From the human T2T-CHM13v2.0 reference genome, Homo sapiens: a stretch of 64,000 nt of DNA. A program made the translations under genes and the position numbers. This document shows, one piece after another, positions 28,283-41,950 of the stretch. The stretch is from NCBI RefSeq assembly GCF_009914755.1, contig NC_060926.1; one strand, written 5' to 3'. How positions within the stretch are numbered: position 1 is the first letter of the stretch; each line of letters begins with the position of its first letter. The notes beneath the pieces are model-generated. The model did not search any database, was not told the DNA's origin, and saw nothing but the letters and a program-made list of their open reading frames with translations.

Positions 28283-29471
28283 GCCAGTGACTTTCTGGCT
28301 TTTGAAAATTATCTATTTCAGTGTTTTAAACTGAGGACGTCAGTGTTGGATTCTCTCATTTTTCTCCTTCAGGTCTGCCAAGTCTTATAAATTCCTAATT
28401 ACATATGTAAAACCTTTGTTATTTTTAATATTTAGAGCAGATTGAGTAATACAGTCTGGATATCAAAAATGGTTTCAAGAAAAAAATGATACTATATGAA
28501 AGATGGGAATCTAGAATTGTTTCCCTGATCTAATTTGAATACTTGAAGTTATATTAATCTCTTTAAAGATTAAAAGAAAACACAATAATTATTCTATGAT
28601 TAGAACCCTAGAATAGAGAGAGATTGAGATGATGCTAAAATAGGTGAAAAATGGCAAGTCTCTAATGAAATCAATGTAATCAATCATCTAATCACTAATC
28701 TCTAATGTCTTGTAGCATGTGTTTGCTGCTGCTGTAATTTACAAAACTATGATTAAGTATTAATGTTAATTTTAAACCATAATTACTGGAGAATGCAGTG
28801 TATAACTGTTTCTGAAAAAGCTTTATTCAAAGTGACACATTAAAATATTGTTCCTCTAGAGATAATTGGCAATGAAACTCATTTAAAATCTCGTTAACCA
28901 TGTAAATATAATTGTAAAAAGTCCTTGGTAATTCTCTTATTTACGCAAATGTGTATATCAATTTAAGCAGCCAATAAGTATTGGAGCTGTAGCATTCTTA
29001 CTTTAAGCCAGTAAAATTCCATGCAACATGAAATGAATCCACCAGCATTAATTACACTGTTCATTAAATGAGTTAGAAAACAAATATACATATAGGATCT
29101 TGAGAAATTATTATGCATATATCTTCACAATTCCTTGTTCAGGATATCATATGGAACATTTACACCAGACAAATCAGCAAACACAATGTATTAGGGATTT
29201 TAAATTTATTTTCTAAGATTTTGGAAAGTCAGTTGATAAACATGTATCAGCATAGGACAAACTGAGGACCATCTTTAGAAACTAGTCATTATAAACACCT
29301 TCTATTTTATGCAAGTATTCTTTAAAATAAAAGAAGAGCTTATGAGTTTTCCAGATATAGATTATGTACTAACACACGATTAAAATATTATTTTCGAAAA
29401 ATTTGATACACTTACTGACGGAAGTTGAAATTGGGATATGTTTATCTGGCATTCAAAAATAGGACATAATA

Positions 29472-29820
<349 letters not shown>

Positions 29821-32800
29821 TTACTTGCTGATATTTGGTGCTAAATTTTCATATATATTAAAGGTATTTCACACCTTTCCTAAAATCAGATTTTGTTTAA
29901 TAATAGCCAAGCTATTTTAATCTGAGGAGTATGTTACTCTTCAGCAGACATAGGAACAATAACCAAAGGGTGACTAAAATTTCAGTTTAGTAAACTTAAT
30001 ACGCAACAACTATTTGAGAAAAAAGAACAAGTATTTTTTGTAACAGAATTTCCAAGTAACAGAAGTGTGTAACCCAAGGCTTTCTCTTTGATTTTCTATA
30101 TTCCATTTAGATTAAGCTCCTGATTATAATCATACTGATAGATTAAATATTATGGAGACAAATTCCTAATAACAATTTTCTTTTTAATCTATAAGTTTTT
30201 GCACTTTTTCCTATTGGAAATCTGGAAAATGGCTTCCAAATATGAATGACTTCCAGATAACATATAATTAAACAATTGCATATAGATAATGTATTATTTT
30301 TATAAGCAATATATACTAGTAACATAGAAAGTAGACATTTTAGCATGACTTTACCAGTGGGATCTGCTTCAAGACTCTGTGTAAATTGATTTTATATTTG
30401 ATCTGAACAAAGGGTAACAGTATTTGTTTTCTCTAAACAGGGTTATTAGCATTTGGTCTGACTTTAATACTTTCCAGTCCATTTAACTCGGCAAAGAGTT
30501 TCTAAGCACAATGTAGTGAATGAAAGTCTGAATAAAACAAGATCAAAATATTATTTAAAGTGGCTTCAGTTTTCTTTAAATTTTCTTCCTGTAATATATG
30601 TTAAATAAAATAAATAACACAGGAAAAATTAGAATTAAAACAGAAAAAGGAGAATTGATAGTATCATGACACAAAACCTGTTGAATATGGAAAACATGAG
30701 GGTAGAATATAGAATACCATGTGAGAAAAATACCATAGTAAAATACATAGAAGGTGAAACAAAATTGCTGAAGGCCCACATTCTTGGGCTCTTTACAAAG
30801 CTTGACTCAATAAATTATCACAACATTCATTATCATTATATATATTTTAAAGCAAAGGCATACAAGGCATGTAAAAGTAATACAATGTATCAAAATTACA
30901 CAATTTGTAGGTAAAAGTGTTTGAACTTGGCTCTAGATTTTTCTAATTTTATGAGCCTTGAATATTTTAAAATACTATCTGTTTTCAATGTAAAATATGC
31001 GTTCATTGACAATGGTATGAAGAGGGAATATTCTCTGGTTTCAATCACAAGAAAGTTGGTTTTTTTGAGTAGTCTTAATTTTCTTCTACATTAAGCATCT
31101 TAATTTTCAAATATAACTATCTGTGGTAATTATGGGCAGATTTAATATGTTTATGCCTCATATTAGTACATATAAACAGGAGAAGAACTGAATGACATTT
31201 CTGCATTACTTCTATACATAAAGTTCCATAGTTAGTTATATCGTCTCATTCATCTTTTTAAAAAGTGACTGGAATTATTATTCTTCCTTGAAAATCCATT
31301 TACTCCAAGCATATAAAGCATATACTACATAATTATAATCATTTTGTCCAATGAATAACATTGAAGCTTAAACGCATAAGAAATTTAAGTAATATGAAAA
31401 ATATTTGACTTTAAAAATATAGAGATAGAATTTCTGAGGGACAATTTCTGGAGTTTTAAAATTTAATTTTAGGGAGAGTGCTTGGATTCATTGTAATAAT
31501 TGTCAAATGACAGGACTAATTTCTTATTAGATAGAAGGTTGACAGTTAATCATATCACTTTGGGCTTGGGAAATGGAGGCTTCAATAATTATTCTTTATG
31601 CAAAATGTCATTTGTTAAAGAAATCTGCATATACACAAATCATGATTAAAGCATAATTTAGGATGTGTGTGTGTGTGTTTGTGTGTATCAAGTTGAAGAT
31701 CACATAAAACATTTAGGCCACAATATTCATGGCAATTAAATGAACTAGATGACAATTTTAATCTCTAGAATTCTGAACTTTTGGCTATTTGTATGAATAT
31801 TACGTTCCTTTAAAACATATTAAAATTTGTGTGACTCTGGGAAATTGCATTACATTTTTGTCTTCAGTTTTCTTTTCTGTATAATAAGCATAATATAGTG
31901 ACCATGATGGTTAAGTGAGCAAAAACAATGAAAAAATTTCATGAATATTAGCAGGTTCTTAATAGTTTTGTAAAGGAACATATTTATTGACTTACACGTT
32001 ATCTTTTTTCCTTTGATCTTTTATTTGAATTGAAAGTTAGAGTCCCTAACTTTTTCCAGTAGATGAGGTATATAATAATAAATGCCTTTAAAGAAAGGGG
32101 TTCTCCACCTTCCCACAACATATGTATTCAGAAGCATACATAATCAAAAATGCTTTTTATAGCTTAGAGGCCAATCTCTTAAGGTCTAGTTTATATGAGT
32201 AAACAAAAATAGACACTACCATGTTCAAAGCATTTTTGTGTATTTTTTTAAACAGGAATATCAAGCAAACATCCTAATTATAGGTGAAATATAAAGATTA
32301 TTTTTATAAACTCCAAGAAAATTAAAAGAATCTCTGCAAAAATCAGTGGTATTCAACATTGTACTGGAGGTCCTAGACAATGGTAGAAAAAAAATAGTTT
32401 GCTTTTGAAGTGAAAGGATTCACTTTTGTTATACCAACTTATGGATAATAATTTTGGATCTCAAAAATAAAATCACTTTATATATTATGTATATATACAT
32501 ATACACATATACTTATATAGCTGAAGGTGTATAATATTAAATAAAACATTTATAAAACAAAAACATAGTGGAAACGTGACTCCAAATTTGTATATGATTT
32601 GTAAAGGCAGCATCTGCCTTGACCAGTGTTTTTTGTTTCCCTAATATTGTTTGGTAACATGGATGGCAGAAATCAAAACCTTGGGAAATGTTGTCTTACA
32701 CCTTCAGAAACATAACAGGCAGGCAAAAAATTTCACCCTGCACATGAACTCAAACAATGACAATGGCATGAGAAAATTAGCCACCATAAAAAAAAAAAAA

Positions 32801-33071
32801 ACTACAGTGAGAGAAATTGTCAAAGCAAATTTGGGTCATCAAAGATTTTAGATATTTGAAGTTTTAGCAAAAACATAAAATAGTGATGTCAAAAACATAT
32901 TAAAACATGACTTTCAGAAATTAACAACTCAATGAATGAACTTTAAAGAGAACTAGACAAATCTGGAGAATTAGTCAACTAAAAGAAAATGCTAAATAAA
33001 TTATCCAAAATACAGTACAAAGACACAAGAGATAGGAAATATGCAGGATAACTTAAAATATACAAATAATT

Positions 33072-33978
33072 GGGGGGAGGAGCCAAGATGGCTGAATAGG
33101 AACAGCTCCGGTCTACAGCTCCCAGCGTGAGCGACGCAGAAGACGGGTGATTTCTGCATTTCCATCTGAGGTACCGGGTTCATCTCACTAGGGAGTGCCA
33201 GACAGTGGGGGCAGGTCAGTGGGTGCGCGCACCGTGCGCGAGCCGAAGCAGAGCGAGGCATTGCCTCACTTGGGAAGCGCAAGGGGTCAGGGAGTTCCCT
33301 TTCCTAGTCAAAGAAAGGGGTGACAGACGGCACCTGGAAAATCGGGTCACTCCCACCTGAATACTGCGCTTTTCCGACAGGCTTAAAAAACGGCGCATCA
33401 CGAGATTATATCCCGCACCTGGCTCGGAGGGTCCTACGCCCACGGAGTCTCGCTGATTGCTAGCACAGCAGTCTGAGATCAAACTGCAAGGCGGCAGTGA
33501 GGCTGGGGGAGGGGCGTCCGCCATTGCCCAGGCTTGCTTAGGTAAACAAAGCATTCGGGAATCTCGAACTGGGTGGAGCCCACCACAGCTCAAGGAGGCC
33601 TGCCTGCCTCCGTAGGCTCCACCTCTGGGGGCAGGGCACAGACAAACAAAAAGACAGCAGTAACCTCTGCAGACTTAAATGTCCCTGTCTGACAGCTTTG
33701 AAGAGAGCAGTGGTTCTCCCAGTACGCAGCTGGAGATCTGAGAACGGGCAGACTGCCTCCTCAAGTGGGTCCCTGACCCCTGACCCCCGAGCAGCCTAAC
33801 TGGGAGGCACCCCCAGCAGGGGCACACTGACACCTCACAAGGCAGGGTATTCCAACAGACCTGCAGCTGAGGGTCCTGTCTGTTAGAAGGAAAACTAACA
33901 AACAGAAAGGACATCCACACCAAAAACCCATCTGTACATCACCATCATCAAAGACCAAAAGTAGATAAAACCACAAAG
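33072..33978. promoter_or_regulatory. L1 5'UTR internal bidirectional promoter, CpG-rich, YY1 core AAGATGGC at 33085-33092
   Basis: Strongest CpG concentration in the window; promoter function inferred from known L1PA biology. Confidence 0.75.
33216..33524 (-). CDS. ORF0: L1 antisense ORF0, open, 102 aa; expression unknown
   Basis: MADAPPPASLPPCSLISDCCASNQRDSVGVGPSEPG... matches the primate L1 ORF0 N-terminus. Confidence 0.6.
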   Translation of the reverse strand: MADAPPPASLPPCSLISDCCASNQRDSVGVGPSEPGAGYNLVMRRFLSLSEKRSIQVGVTRFSRCRLSPLSLTRKGNSLTPCASQVRQCLALLRLAHGARTH

Positions 33979-34123
33979 ATGGGGAAAAAACAGAACAGAA
34001 AAACTGGAAGCTCTAAAAAGCAGAGCGCCTCTCCTCCTCCAAAGGAACACAGTTCCTCACCAGCAATGGAACAAAGCTGAATGGAGAACGACTTTGACGA
34101 GCTGAGAGAAGAAGGCTTCAGAC
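33979..34123 (+). pseudogene. L1 ORF1 N-terminal stub with premature stop (TGA 34078-34080)
   Basis: Codon 34, TGG in the consensus as I recall it, reads TGA. Confidence 0.85.
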
Positions 34124-35258
34124 TAACAAGGCTGAATCTCTTGTTAGGAACAAATGCAGCTGGTGACTTTAAGGTGAAGCTTGTATTTATTTACCGTTCC
34201 GCAAATCCTACAGCCCTTAAGATTTATATTAAATCCACTCTGCCTGTGCTCTATAAATGGAACACAAAAGACTTGAAGTTAGTACATGTGTTTACAGCAT
34301 GATTTCCTGAATATTTTAAGCCCGCTGTTGAGAACTACTCCTCAGAAAATCAGTAGCTTCTTTCAACATATTACTGCTCATTGATAATGCATATTGTCAG
34401 CAAAGACTTCTGCTGGAGATATACGAGATTAATGTTTTTCTGCCTGCTAACACAATATTCATTCTGCAACCCATGGATCAAAGACTAATTCTGACTTTAG
34501 GTTTTATTATTTGAGAAATACACTATGTAAGACTAGAATAGGCAGGGATTCCTTTGATCTAGGCAAAGTAAATTAGAAACCTTTTGGAAAAGATTCACCA
34601 TTCTAGATATCAACAACATTTTTTATTCATGGAGGATGTCAAAATATCAACATTAGCAGGAGTTTAGAAGAAATTGATTCCAACCCTCATGGAGGATGAC
34701 CTTGAAACCGTCAAGACTTCAGTGGTGGATGTAACTACAGATGTGGTAGAAATAGCAAGAGAACTAGAACTAGAAGTGGAGCCTGAAGATGTGACTAAGT
34801 TTTCACAATCTCGTAATAAAACTTGAACAGATGAGAACTTGCATCTTTAGGTTGAGCAAAGAAAGTGGTTTCTTGAGATGGAATTTACTCCTGTAAAGGA
34901 TGCTGTAAACATTATCAATATGACAACAAAAAATTTAGAGTATTACATAAACTTATTTGGTAAAAACAGCAGCAAGTTTCAAGAGGACAGACCAATTTTG
35001 AAAGAAGTTCTACTGTGGATAAAATGTTATCAAAAAAACAACATCACATATTTGTTGTTTTTATTTTAAATCAAAGTATGTTTATTGTTTTCTTAACCAT
35101 AATGTTATTTCACACTTAATCAACTACAGTATAGTGTAAACATAAATTTTTATATTCAGGGAAAAACCAAAGAAAAAAATAAAATGAGTCCTTATTGTGA
35201 TACTTGCTTTATTATGGTGATCTGGAATCAAACTTGCCATATCTCCATGGTATGCCTT
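34124..35258 (+). mobile_element. Tigger1 DNA transposon, 3' half, with right TIR and TA
   Basis: LLLGTNAAGDFK...STLPVLYKWN transposase sequence; ends atatctccatggtatgcctt-TA. Confidence 0.92.
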
Positions 35259-35460
35259 TACTTGAAAGTCTCCAAGAGTGTAGATCTGAAATATTTTTAC
35301 CACACACAAACTAATAGTAACTATGTGAAGTGATGGATGTTAATTAGCTTGATTGTGGTAATTGTTTCAAAATATGTGTGTATATTATAATATTACATTG
35401 TAAATCTTAAATATATATAATTTTGTCAATTATACTTTAATAAGGCTTGGAAAAATAAAA
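35259..35460 (+). mobile_element. L1MA/MB extreme 3' end (host of the Tigger1 insertion)
   Basis: tacttgaaagtctccaagagtgtagatctgaaa...tgtcaattatactttaataagg; resembles 9841-10030. Confidence 0.8.
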
Positions 35461-35754
35461 TTATAATAGTTATTGAAAGAATAAATAAATATCAAAGATT
35501 TACAGTTTTATAGCTATAAGTTTCAGTTTTATGAATATAATAGTATATGTCAAATGGTGCTTTGCTTTCCTTTTTAAGAGTTAGTTTATTATTTTCTCAT
35601 TTTATTTTTAAATTTTTCATTCTTTTATGAGGTGGATAAATGGAAATCATTCATTTCATTAATATTAGAAAATAGAAAATCATCTTTGTTACATTCTTTG
35701 TACATATTTCTGAGACTGTTTTACATATATTTTTATTGTTTTACCTATAGTCTA

Positions 35755-36048
35755 CAGTTGCTTTTGCACAACCGTGGATCAAGAATGATCAGAAAAAACA
35801 AAAACAAAAAGCAAAACAACAATAAAAATCATTCAAATTTTAAAAAATACAGTATAACAATTATTTATATAGCATTTACATTGTATTAGGTATTATAAGT
35901 AATATAGAGGCAATTTAAAGTGCAAGGAAGGAAGTACAGAAGTCATGTGATGCTATGCCGTTTTATTTAATGAAATTGAGGACCTGCTGATTTTGGTATT
36001 TGTGGGAAGTTCTGGAACAAATCCCCCATGGATATCAAGAGATGACTG
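35755..36048 (+). mobile_element. Tigger3-derived MITE (MER7-like), TA-flanked
   Basis: TA-cagttg...ttctggaacaaatcccccatggatatcaagagatgactg-TA. Confidence 0.8.
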
Positions 36049-36504
36049 TATATATTTTAAAATCCACAAGGCCTGTATTGTTTATTTGTAGGGTCAATTT
36101 TCAGTTAGTATTGTTTTATATATACCAAACACCTTTTTAAAATTGTCTCTCACTCCTCAGTGCAATTTTGTTTTTCCCTCTGCTTTTGGTTTTGTATTTT
36201 GTTTCTTTGCTTGTTTTTCATTATTACTCTTTCAAGTACTGGTTATAGTAAAGCTGGTTCGTAGGTGATGAACAATCTCAGTTTTGCTTGTCTAAATAGA
36301 TCCTCAGTATTTTTTTTCCGGTTTTGAAGCATATTTACACTAAATTTATAAATTTTATTTGGCTCTTAAACACTTTAAATACAGCATTTAATTGTTTACT
36401 GGGTTTCACAATACTTTATAGCTATCAGGGAAGTGTCTTATTCTTGCTTTCATAAAAACAATGTCTATGTTTTTGGGGTTAGTAGTTTTTTGAGGCGGGG
36501 GAGG

Positions 36505-36577
36505 GACGGAATTATCTCACTCTGTCTCCCAGGCTAGAGTGCAATGGTGCGATCTCGGCTCACTGCAACCTCCGCCA
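36505..36577 (-). mobile_element. Alu fragment
   Basis: tctcactctgtctcccaggctagagtgcaatggtgcgatctcggctcactgcaacctccgcc. Confidence 0.85.
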
Positions 36578-37014
36578 CAGTTTTGTAAACCAACAACAAA
36601 TATTTATTTTAAAGAAGTGATTTTTTTGCCATAATTTTAACAGAGCTTTTTGTAATATGTGGGAAGAAAGCTGGTAGATGTTCAGTTTATTATATGAGAT
36701 TATATATCTTTAAAAATTACTATGCATTAAACTCCATGGGTTTTCTTAAAGTTATTTTTAAATTGTAGTTTTGCCATTAAAGATATCAGTTGAGAGATGT
36801 TTAAGAGAACTAAATTACTTTTGATTCTATATTATTCAAGGATATAACTTACAAAAGCTATTGTTTCATAGGATTCTACGTATATAAAGATAATACTGCA
36901 TTATCACTGTAAAATAGACAGACACAATACTTTCTAATCTATAAATATGGAAATTATAATTAACAGTTATTCAAAGTTCATAGGATAACGAATGGAGAAG
37001 TAGGAGCTTAAACA

Positions 37015-37213
37015 CAGAGTTTCTCACCAGGGCACTATTGACAATTTGAGTGCAACAATTCTTTGAAAAGGACTGATACAAATGCTACGGAATGTTTGGT
37101 ATCCTTGATTCCTTTCACCACGTTTCATAAATAACTCTCCCCAGTCCTCCCAATTATGATGTTCTACCAACTGCATGTGAGTACAGTACCTCTCCTTGGC
37201 TTGAGGACAACTG
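37015..37213. mobile_element. hAT-Charlie MITE (MER20/MER3-like)
   Basis: cagagtttctcaccagggcactattgacaattt...ttgaggacaactg termini. Confidence 0.6.
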
Positions 37214-40200
37214 AATTCATGGCAAAGAATCTCAGGGTTTTACTAAAATGTTTCCGCATAATGTTGCCACTATAGACCATTTTGCTATTTTTGCCATTCT
37301 GCCTATCAGCAATTATAATTATTTCATAATTATAAGTTTTACAATATTTGTTGCATGTTTTTGTTCCATGATATTTGTTGTTCATTTATTGACAGTATCT
37401 TTAAGTCTCACTTGTCAGGATGAGCAAAGACTTACAAAAGAAGGCACAGAATGACACACAAATTATTACAGTTACTTCCAAGAGATGCATTGCACTAGTT
37501 GACAAAAATGAATTTAGGAAGTTACATGACGCTATGTATTAAATAACCAAAAACAGCACTGCAGGCCTTATAGCTTTTCATTTGTTCATATATTTCTTAA
37601 TTTTTTTCGTGGAACACAGTTGGGGAAACTTTAGCTACTACAAGTTTATGTGGCAGGGACCATTTCTGCTTATTAGGTCGATTTGAAAAGCTTAATCTTC
37701 AGCTCTGCAGATTATGTTCACTAGACTTAATCCCATGAATCCTAGGTCCAAACTTCACGTAATTTTATTCATTTGGTAAAGTTAAAATCTCAAGCTAAAC
37801 AAATCATGAATAGAAAACTCCCTAATGCGCTATATTCCTTCATCTTACCAGACTACACTCATTTGAGGTTTTCAAATTCAATCTTTTTCAAATATTTCTG
37901 TTTATAAACTTCATGATTATTTCTATAATTCACAATAATTGTAATATAATTTTACTCTTCATTTGTTAAATTTAGAAAGTGCTTATTTATTCTCCACAAA
38001 ATATTTACTATTTTCACAATAAATAATAATATTTAACACATAACCACATCTTCCATCTCTTTTTTACTACGTTTTAGACATATTTTTTACTTGCATTTAT
38101 ATGTATGTATGTATTTGTGTGTGTATACATACATATGCATATCTTGCATTTTATGTAGACCACATAATTTGTCATTCTCCAGTACAAAACTGAAGTTCAA
38201 GCATTCTCAAATTACTCATTTTATTTTCATGATAAAGAAGTATGCTTTACAGGCAAACGTCCTCACTAACTTATTCTTATTGTCAGAAAGAGGAGGTGGA
38301 GACAATTTCTAGTTTTTAAATATTATGCAAATTAACTAGGCTTGTTGTTCCAATCTTCCTTATTTCAGTTAATCCACCCAATTTTAATAAATAATTTATT
38401 GTACATGCATACTGAGAAGGAGCATTTCCAAAACTTATGTATTCTGTGGTTGCTATACTAAGGTTTCATTATTGTAAAAATAGGTGTTTATCATACAAAC
38501 AAATAAAACATTATTATATATGTTTTTATATATACAACATATGCTCAGTTACTTTTTACCCTCATTTCTAAATTTTTATTCTTTTTGTTTGCCCCTTTCC
38601 TAGGATTCATAAGTATGTTTGACATGTGACTATTTATACACTCTGATAAACGTATTATTTTATTAAATTCTATTGTACTAAAATTGTAAATTACTTTCTG
38701 CTTTTACATTTCCACATGATACTTTTAAGACAATGTTTTTGTGTTCATTATTTCTAAATAATGTCTGGCAATGCATTTTTATAGAAGTTCCCCTGCTATT
38801 TCTCCATCTTCCCGTGTACATCTTGTATCAACTAACTGCCTACACAAAACAAAAGCGATAACAAAAACAAGAAAACATAAAAATAATAAAAAATAGTTCT
38901 GTGAGTGATCCCTTGTGGTTATCTAAAATGTCTCTGGAATATATATCTTGAAGTGCAATAATAAGGAGTGAAGTTCCCTTTTTTCCTTTCTTCCTCCTGT
39001 AAATATGGGGGCATTGTTAAGAATATGTTCATTACTTCGCTATGGAATTATGTGACTGAAATATGTTTCTGGCATTATTATAAGGAAATCATTCTTCATC
39101 AGAGTAATTAATAATCTTCAACATTTAAGGAATTGTGTTTTTCTTTTCTTTTTACTAGATCTGTCAGATTTAAATTTGTTATTTACCCTTTACAAGTATA
39201 TGGTTTATAAAAATGCATTTTAATTAGCTTCAAATCTATCTCATTTTTAGTGTCTTGCTCTTGCTTGTTCCCTCTTTGTATGTATTACTTTTTTACACTA
39301 CACTTTAGCTTGCTCTATTTTCTGATTTTATCTCAGCAACCTTGTTTTATTTAAAGGTGGTATATAAATATATATGTCCTACATATATTTATAAAGAAAA
39401 TAAATTATACAACACAAAATGAGGCACTCTACACGTATTTTTCTATTTACATTTGGCTGAAAAATAGGATGTAGAAATACCTTAGTGAAACATTTTTACT
39501 ATTTCAGTAAATTGCACTACTTTGAAGTAGAATGCTCCCTGTTTGCTAATGTTATTCTATTACTGTCTTTCATTCTATGCTAAATAAAATCTGTTCCATA
39601 TATTTGATTTAATATATTGAAATATACTATATCACATGTAGCATTTAAGCACATATTATTCTGAATGTAACACATAAAATGTTTATAAAATAAAACAAAT
39701 TTGATTTGGTTCTTACTATTGAATTATGGATGAGTGAATTTACTTGTTTTTGTCATCCAATTGTTTATGTTTAAATAAACATGTTTAATAATATTATTGA
39801 AGGGTTTAAAAGACCTTTTAAGTTTAAAAACCATGCATTTATTTTGAAAAAGACATGGCATATTTTTTAAATCAAATTACTTGCTTGATAGTACAAGGAA
39901 AATTCGATAATTTGTAATTGACTCTTTTATATCATGGAAAATATGGCTATGTTGTAACCAAAAATTACGGAAAGTTAAATCATTGTGATATAAAAAACAA
40001 AAATGATTTATTAAGAATGTTCAAGCAACTTTGTGCCTTATATTATTCCTATAGATTCCAGTAGAAAAGCTAAATTACTTTTAAGTATTTTAAATTATTC
40101 AGTGTATTTCTTTCACCTCTCTGAACATATATGGCTTAAAAATACTATTCAAACAATCCTATCCCAACATGTGTCTCTTTTTTCCTTTCTAGGCAATTTA

Positions 40201-41159
40201 TATGATTAGTAGTTCTCCATGTCAATATATTTCAAATAAAATTTGGTTGTTACCAACTGTACCTCACTTAATTTTAAGTTAATTAATTTCAGATAATCCT
40301 CTAGGCAAATTTTATAAATATTTGCATAATGTTTTTATTTCAGCAGATCCCAACTTTTATTGGAAAGGTAGAAGATTTTATACTTACAAACAGTTTTTGT
40401 TTTGGAACTCTAATAGGAAAAAATGTAATCATCCTTACGTTTTTTAGTTTTCAATTTTACTCAGTAGAGATGGTGCAATATTCCATCATTACTAACAGTT
40501 TTTTCAAACTCTGTGTTCTTGTTCCTATTTCCTTTTCTACTGACTGCACTATGGCAATAATGGACTTTTTCCATTTTCATTTTCTTTTCCCATCTGCCTC
40601 CTAATTTTATTCTAAAAAGTGTATTGTTTTTCTATTTATTCTCCATGGCCTTATTTTTCCTTCTTCATTTTATTATAAATTTGGCATTATTGCTTACTGT
40701 TTATTTCTAATTACCATTTACCCTTGAAATATAATTATTATTTTCCCCATACCCCAGAATATAAATGAGCTGTCCTAAGCATCATCACAATTCCCTAATC
40801 CATGCTTAAACACTTTGATTACAACAGCCTTGCTTTTAATATTCTCATCAATTTTTTTTCAGATTTTTTTCTGAGATTATTTATTAGCAAATGTTAATTT
40901 ATCTGTGTGGGTGACTGAATATATCTAATTCAATTTAAAAACCCTTGGAATTATTCTTAGAATTATTTTTGATATAAATGCCTCATGAAATCAACAGGTC
41001 AAAGATAAAAAAGTTATACTTCAAGCTAAAACCTGATCCTCCATTGGAATGCAGTCTCTACAAAAAGATCTTTAGATGATAGTCTCAAATGCATATTTCA
41101 GTGCCCAAATTTTTAAAAATAACAATATTTTTGAATTAAAAAATAATATCCTTAAAGAG

Positions 41160-41950
41160 AAGTACTGAAATCAGCATTCAAACATAATATATAAGAATAG
41201 ATACTCAAATTTATAAAAAAGCAAAATATAAAAGTTCAACAGTTTAAATCCTCACAAAGTTATAAGAAAATAATGCATCCATGTACAATTTTCTAAAATT
41301 AAAATTAATTCAATACATAGCCTACGTAGCAGAAATGACATAGTTTAAAATTCCCTTGACAGGAATATTGAGAAATATTCCTAGAATGCAGCATTATTTT
41401 TGTGGGGGAAATGAAACAAAAAGAAATTAAAAGACATGGGACATGGTCTAAAAGGATCAACTCCATGAAGAATTCCAGATATCAAAAACAGTGGAGGAAA
41501 AAATAATTTAAGGAATAGCAGAAACAATTTTTTACCACAAAAGTAAAATAAGAGTTTTCAGCCTAAAAAAAAGGGTCCTATGATTGATTAGCACAGTGCA
41601 TAGTAAATAACCAAAAAGTAGGATATATTCATGAACAGAAAAAATAAAAATATTAAAAAAAGAAAACCTATGTAATTCTCAAAAAAGAAAAAAATGTTAA
41701 TTATGAAGGGATGAAAATTAGATTGATCTTAGATTCTCCTTGACAGTGCTGAATAGGATAGGGAAGTTACCTTCAGATTGTGAGGAAAAGTATTTTAACC
41801 CAAATCTGTATATGGTTTCTGGGTGTTAGAGAAATACCATGTCATTTATCAGTTAAATACTGAAAATATTTCATATATACAGAAACTCTGGAAAGAATTA
41901 GTTAAGGACACATGTTAGAAAATAATGTAAAATACATGGGTGCTATTCAT
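41160..41950 (+). mobile_element. Very old L1/HAL1-like ORF1 remnant
   Basis: gaagggatgaaaattagattgatcttagattctccttgacagtgctg resembles L1 ORF1. Confidence 0.45.

Larger units (their letters stand above)
33072..34123 (+). mobile_element. Young L1 (L1PA2/late L1PA3-like): complete 5'UTR plus first ~48 codons of ORF1, 3'-truncated
   Basis: ggggggaggagccaagatggc start; 907-bp UTR to the ORF1 ATG at 33979 (MGKKQNRKTGSSKKQSASPPP); TT/AAAA endonuclease site at 33053-33058. Confidence 0.95.

Noticed and set aside
33072-33600. CpG island of a host gene
   Set aside because: Fully explained by the L1 5'UTR.
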